NCBI RefSeq assembly: GCF_023055435.1
Contig: NW_025963802.1
Coordinates: 7,874,001 to 7,938,000 of the forward strand
Direction of reading: 5' to 3'
DNA length: 64,000 nucleotides
From: Haliotis rufescens
Lineage: Eukaryota
Each line of letters begins with the position of its first letter. Within the stretch, counting starts at the first letter, position 1. Below are positions 62,251 to 64,000 of this stretch, one piece after another. The notes beneath the pieces were generated by a model, which was given only the letters and a program-made list of their open reading frames with translations, did not search any database and was not told where the DNA came from. Made by a program: the position numbers and the translations under genes.

Positions 62251-63699
62251 TACTCACCCGCAGAAGAAACGCAAGGGCAAGATTGACAAAGATTTGACTG
62301 AAGACAGTTTAATGGATTAAAAGGCAGATGACATAATTGTTTTTTTCAAATGTTAAGGGCTTACAAAGTTTCAGGTCAATACCCAAAATGTCAGTCAATA
62401 CCTGGTGTGACCACCATTAGCATTGATCACTGCCACACTTCTCCTGTACATTGAGTGGATCAGACGATTTGTGAAGGCCCTAAGGATCCTCCTGCACACA
62501 CCCAGAGCAGCTGTGCGTAGTTCATCGGCAGTTGTAGGGACTGGGCGCACATTGTGCAGACGCCTTTGAACCTCATCCCACAAGTGTTCGATGGGGTTCA
62601 GATCAGGGCTGGGGGCTGGCCACGGTAGAACACGGATGTTGTGTTGTTGCAGAAGGGCATGGTAGCACTGGATAATGTGTTGTTGATGTTTGCAAAAAAT
62701 GGAACAACGTTTGGTCTGATCACTTGGTCGATATACCTCTGAGCAGTGACGCCGTGTCCCCGACCTTGACCAACATTCAGAAAGCACATGGGTCCAAGTC
62801 TCGCATAAAGTCCAATCCCTGCCCATATCATGACGCTAGGTCCACCCCATGGATCCCTTTCCACAACGTTTCTGTCAGCGAAACGATCACCTCGACGCCG
62901 CCAAATTCTGACTCTTCCGTCTGCATGGGAGACACAAAAGCGACTTTCATCAGAGAAGATGACACGCCTCCACTCACGATGACGCCAATTGCAATGACCC
63001 TGTGCCCACTGAAGTCGTGCTTGTCGATGCCGTGGTTGGAGAACAGGACGACGTGCTGGTCGGCGACATCTGAGGTTGTTGGAACGGAGATGTCTGATCA
63101 CAGTGTCCCGGCTAATGTGTCGATTATGTGTTCCTATGGTGTGTCGTGCACTTTCAGTTAGGAACGGATGTCGCTGGTGTTGACGGGTAATTTGCCGATC
63201 TTGTCGAGGTGTGGTGACCCTAGGACGACCGGACCGAGGAAGGTCATCTGTGGTCTGTGTAGCATTGTATCAATGCAGGAGACGGTAAATTGTGGTTATG
63301 TTAACGTTGAAATGACGGGCAACATCTTGGACAGACTCTCCAGCTTTCAAACGTCCGATAGCCTGGTTTCTCTTAATTTGAGGTAGGCGTGGCATTGTTG
63401 ACCAAGGAGTGGAAGGTCCAAGAATCGGCCACAGTTTTATACCCACTACAGTTAGTGAGAGTTCGTGCATTTTCGATTTCGCAAGAAATTGGTGCATGAT
63501 ACCCACATATTCATTGAAATGGTGCGTTTTGGCGATTCGTTGTTTATGTTGCGTTTTTAATTGGGGGCTTCCAAGATGCAACCAAAAATATTGATAACAC
63601 CATCAGGCTTCACTACATGCTAAAACTCGTATCAATTTATGGTTCCGTGTTTGTTACCTATTTGCTTAAAACCACTTGCGTTTCTTTTGCGTGTGAGTA
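62251..63699 (-). mobile_element. Tc1-family transposon, duplicate of 380..1800, decayed
   Basis: Same TIRs, position and motifs; different internal indels. Confidence 0.93.
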
Positions 63700-64000
63700 T
63701 ATATCTCAGCTTCAATAAAGAATCTCGGCTTCAGTATTCCCATCTAATCAATACAGAGTATGTCGTGAGCAAAGCCATCAAAACAAAGCCATGAGAGACA
63801 GTATGTCTGTAACACTTATTTATTCATCATTTCAACTCTTCCATTTCAAGAGGCCATATCACTCAAGGTACTGCCTTGTATTCTTGGACAACCTTGGGCA
63901 ATTCCACGTGTCCCTCTGTGATATGACTGAAACAGACCTTGGCTGTGATGTGAAATGCCTATTGATACAGCGTTGTATTGCCCTTCTATTATATAAGATA

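Larger units (their letters stand above)
61873..64000. repeat. Segmental tandem duplication, copy 2 (matches 1..2101)
   Basis: As above. Confidence 0.97.

Overview
Eukaryotic genomic DNA, probably molluscan; abalone is suggested by the SINE repertoire, but that is inference. One host gene family is present: a minus-strand, multi-exon macrodomain-WWE-PARP gene (PARP14/15/9-like mono-ADP-ribosyltransferase) repeated in tandem with a 61,872-bp period (1..2101 recurs at 61873..64000). The left copy supplies 11 5' exons (21238 to 48) and the right copy 7 3' exons (62087 to 43210). One exon is shared. Splice phases join without conflict into a 2,931-nt / 976-aa composite ORF: N-terminus, macro, macro, linker, WWE, ART. 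Both macrodomains are altered in their ADP-ribose-binding motifs, and the ART triad reads H-Y-K. Most of the remaining identified sequence is transposon-derived: five Tc1 relics, a mariner relic, a decayed long-LTR Ty3/Gypsy element, a near-intact short-LTR Mag-like Gypsy element, an R4/Dong-like LINE, two intron-containing pogo-type DD35D transposons with a C-terminal PHD-like finger (one intact), many tRNA-derived SINEs, a 34-bp satellite and a 150-N gap. The most unusual structures are two non-coding elements with a long terminal hairpin and an asymmetric sub-terminal inverted repeat (Crypton-like by inference). One of them splits the LINE ORF exactly and itself hosts a Gypsy and a pogo insertion.
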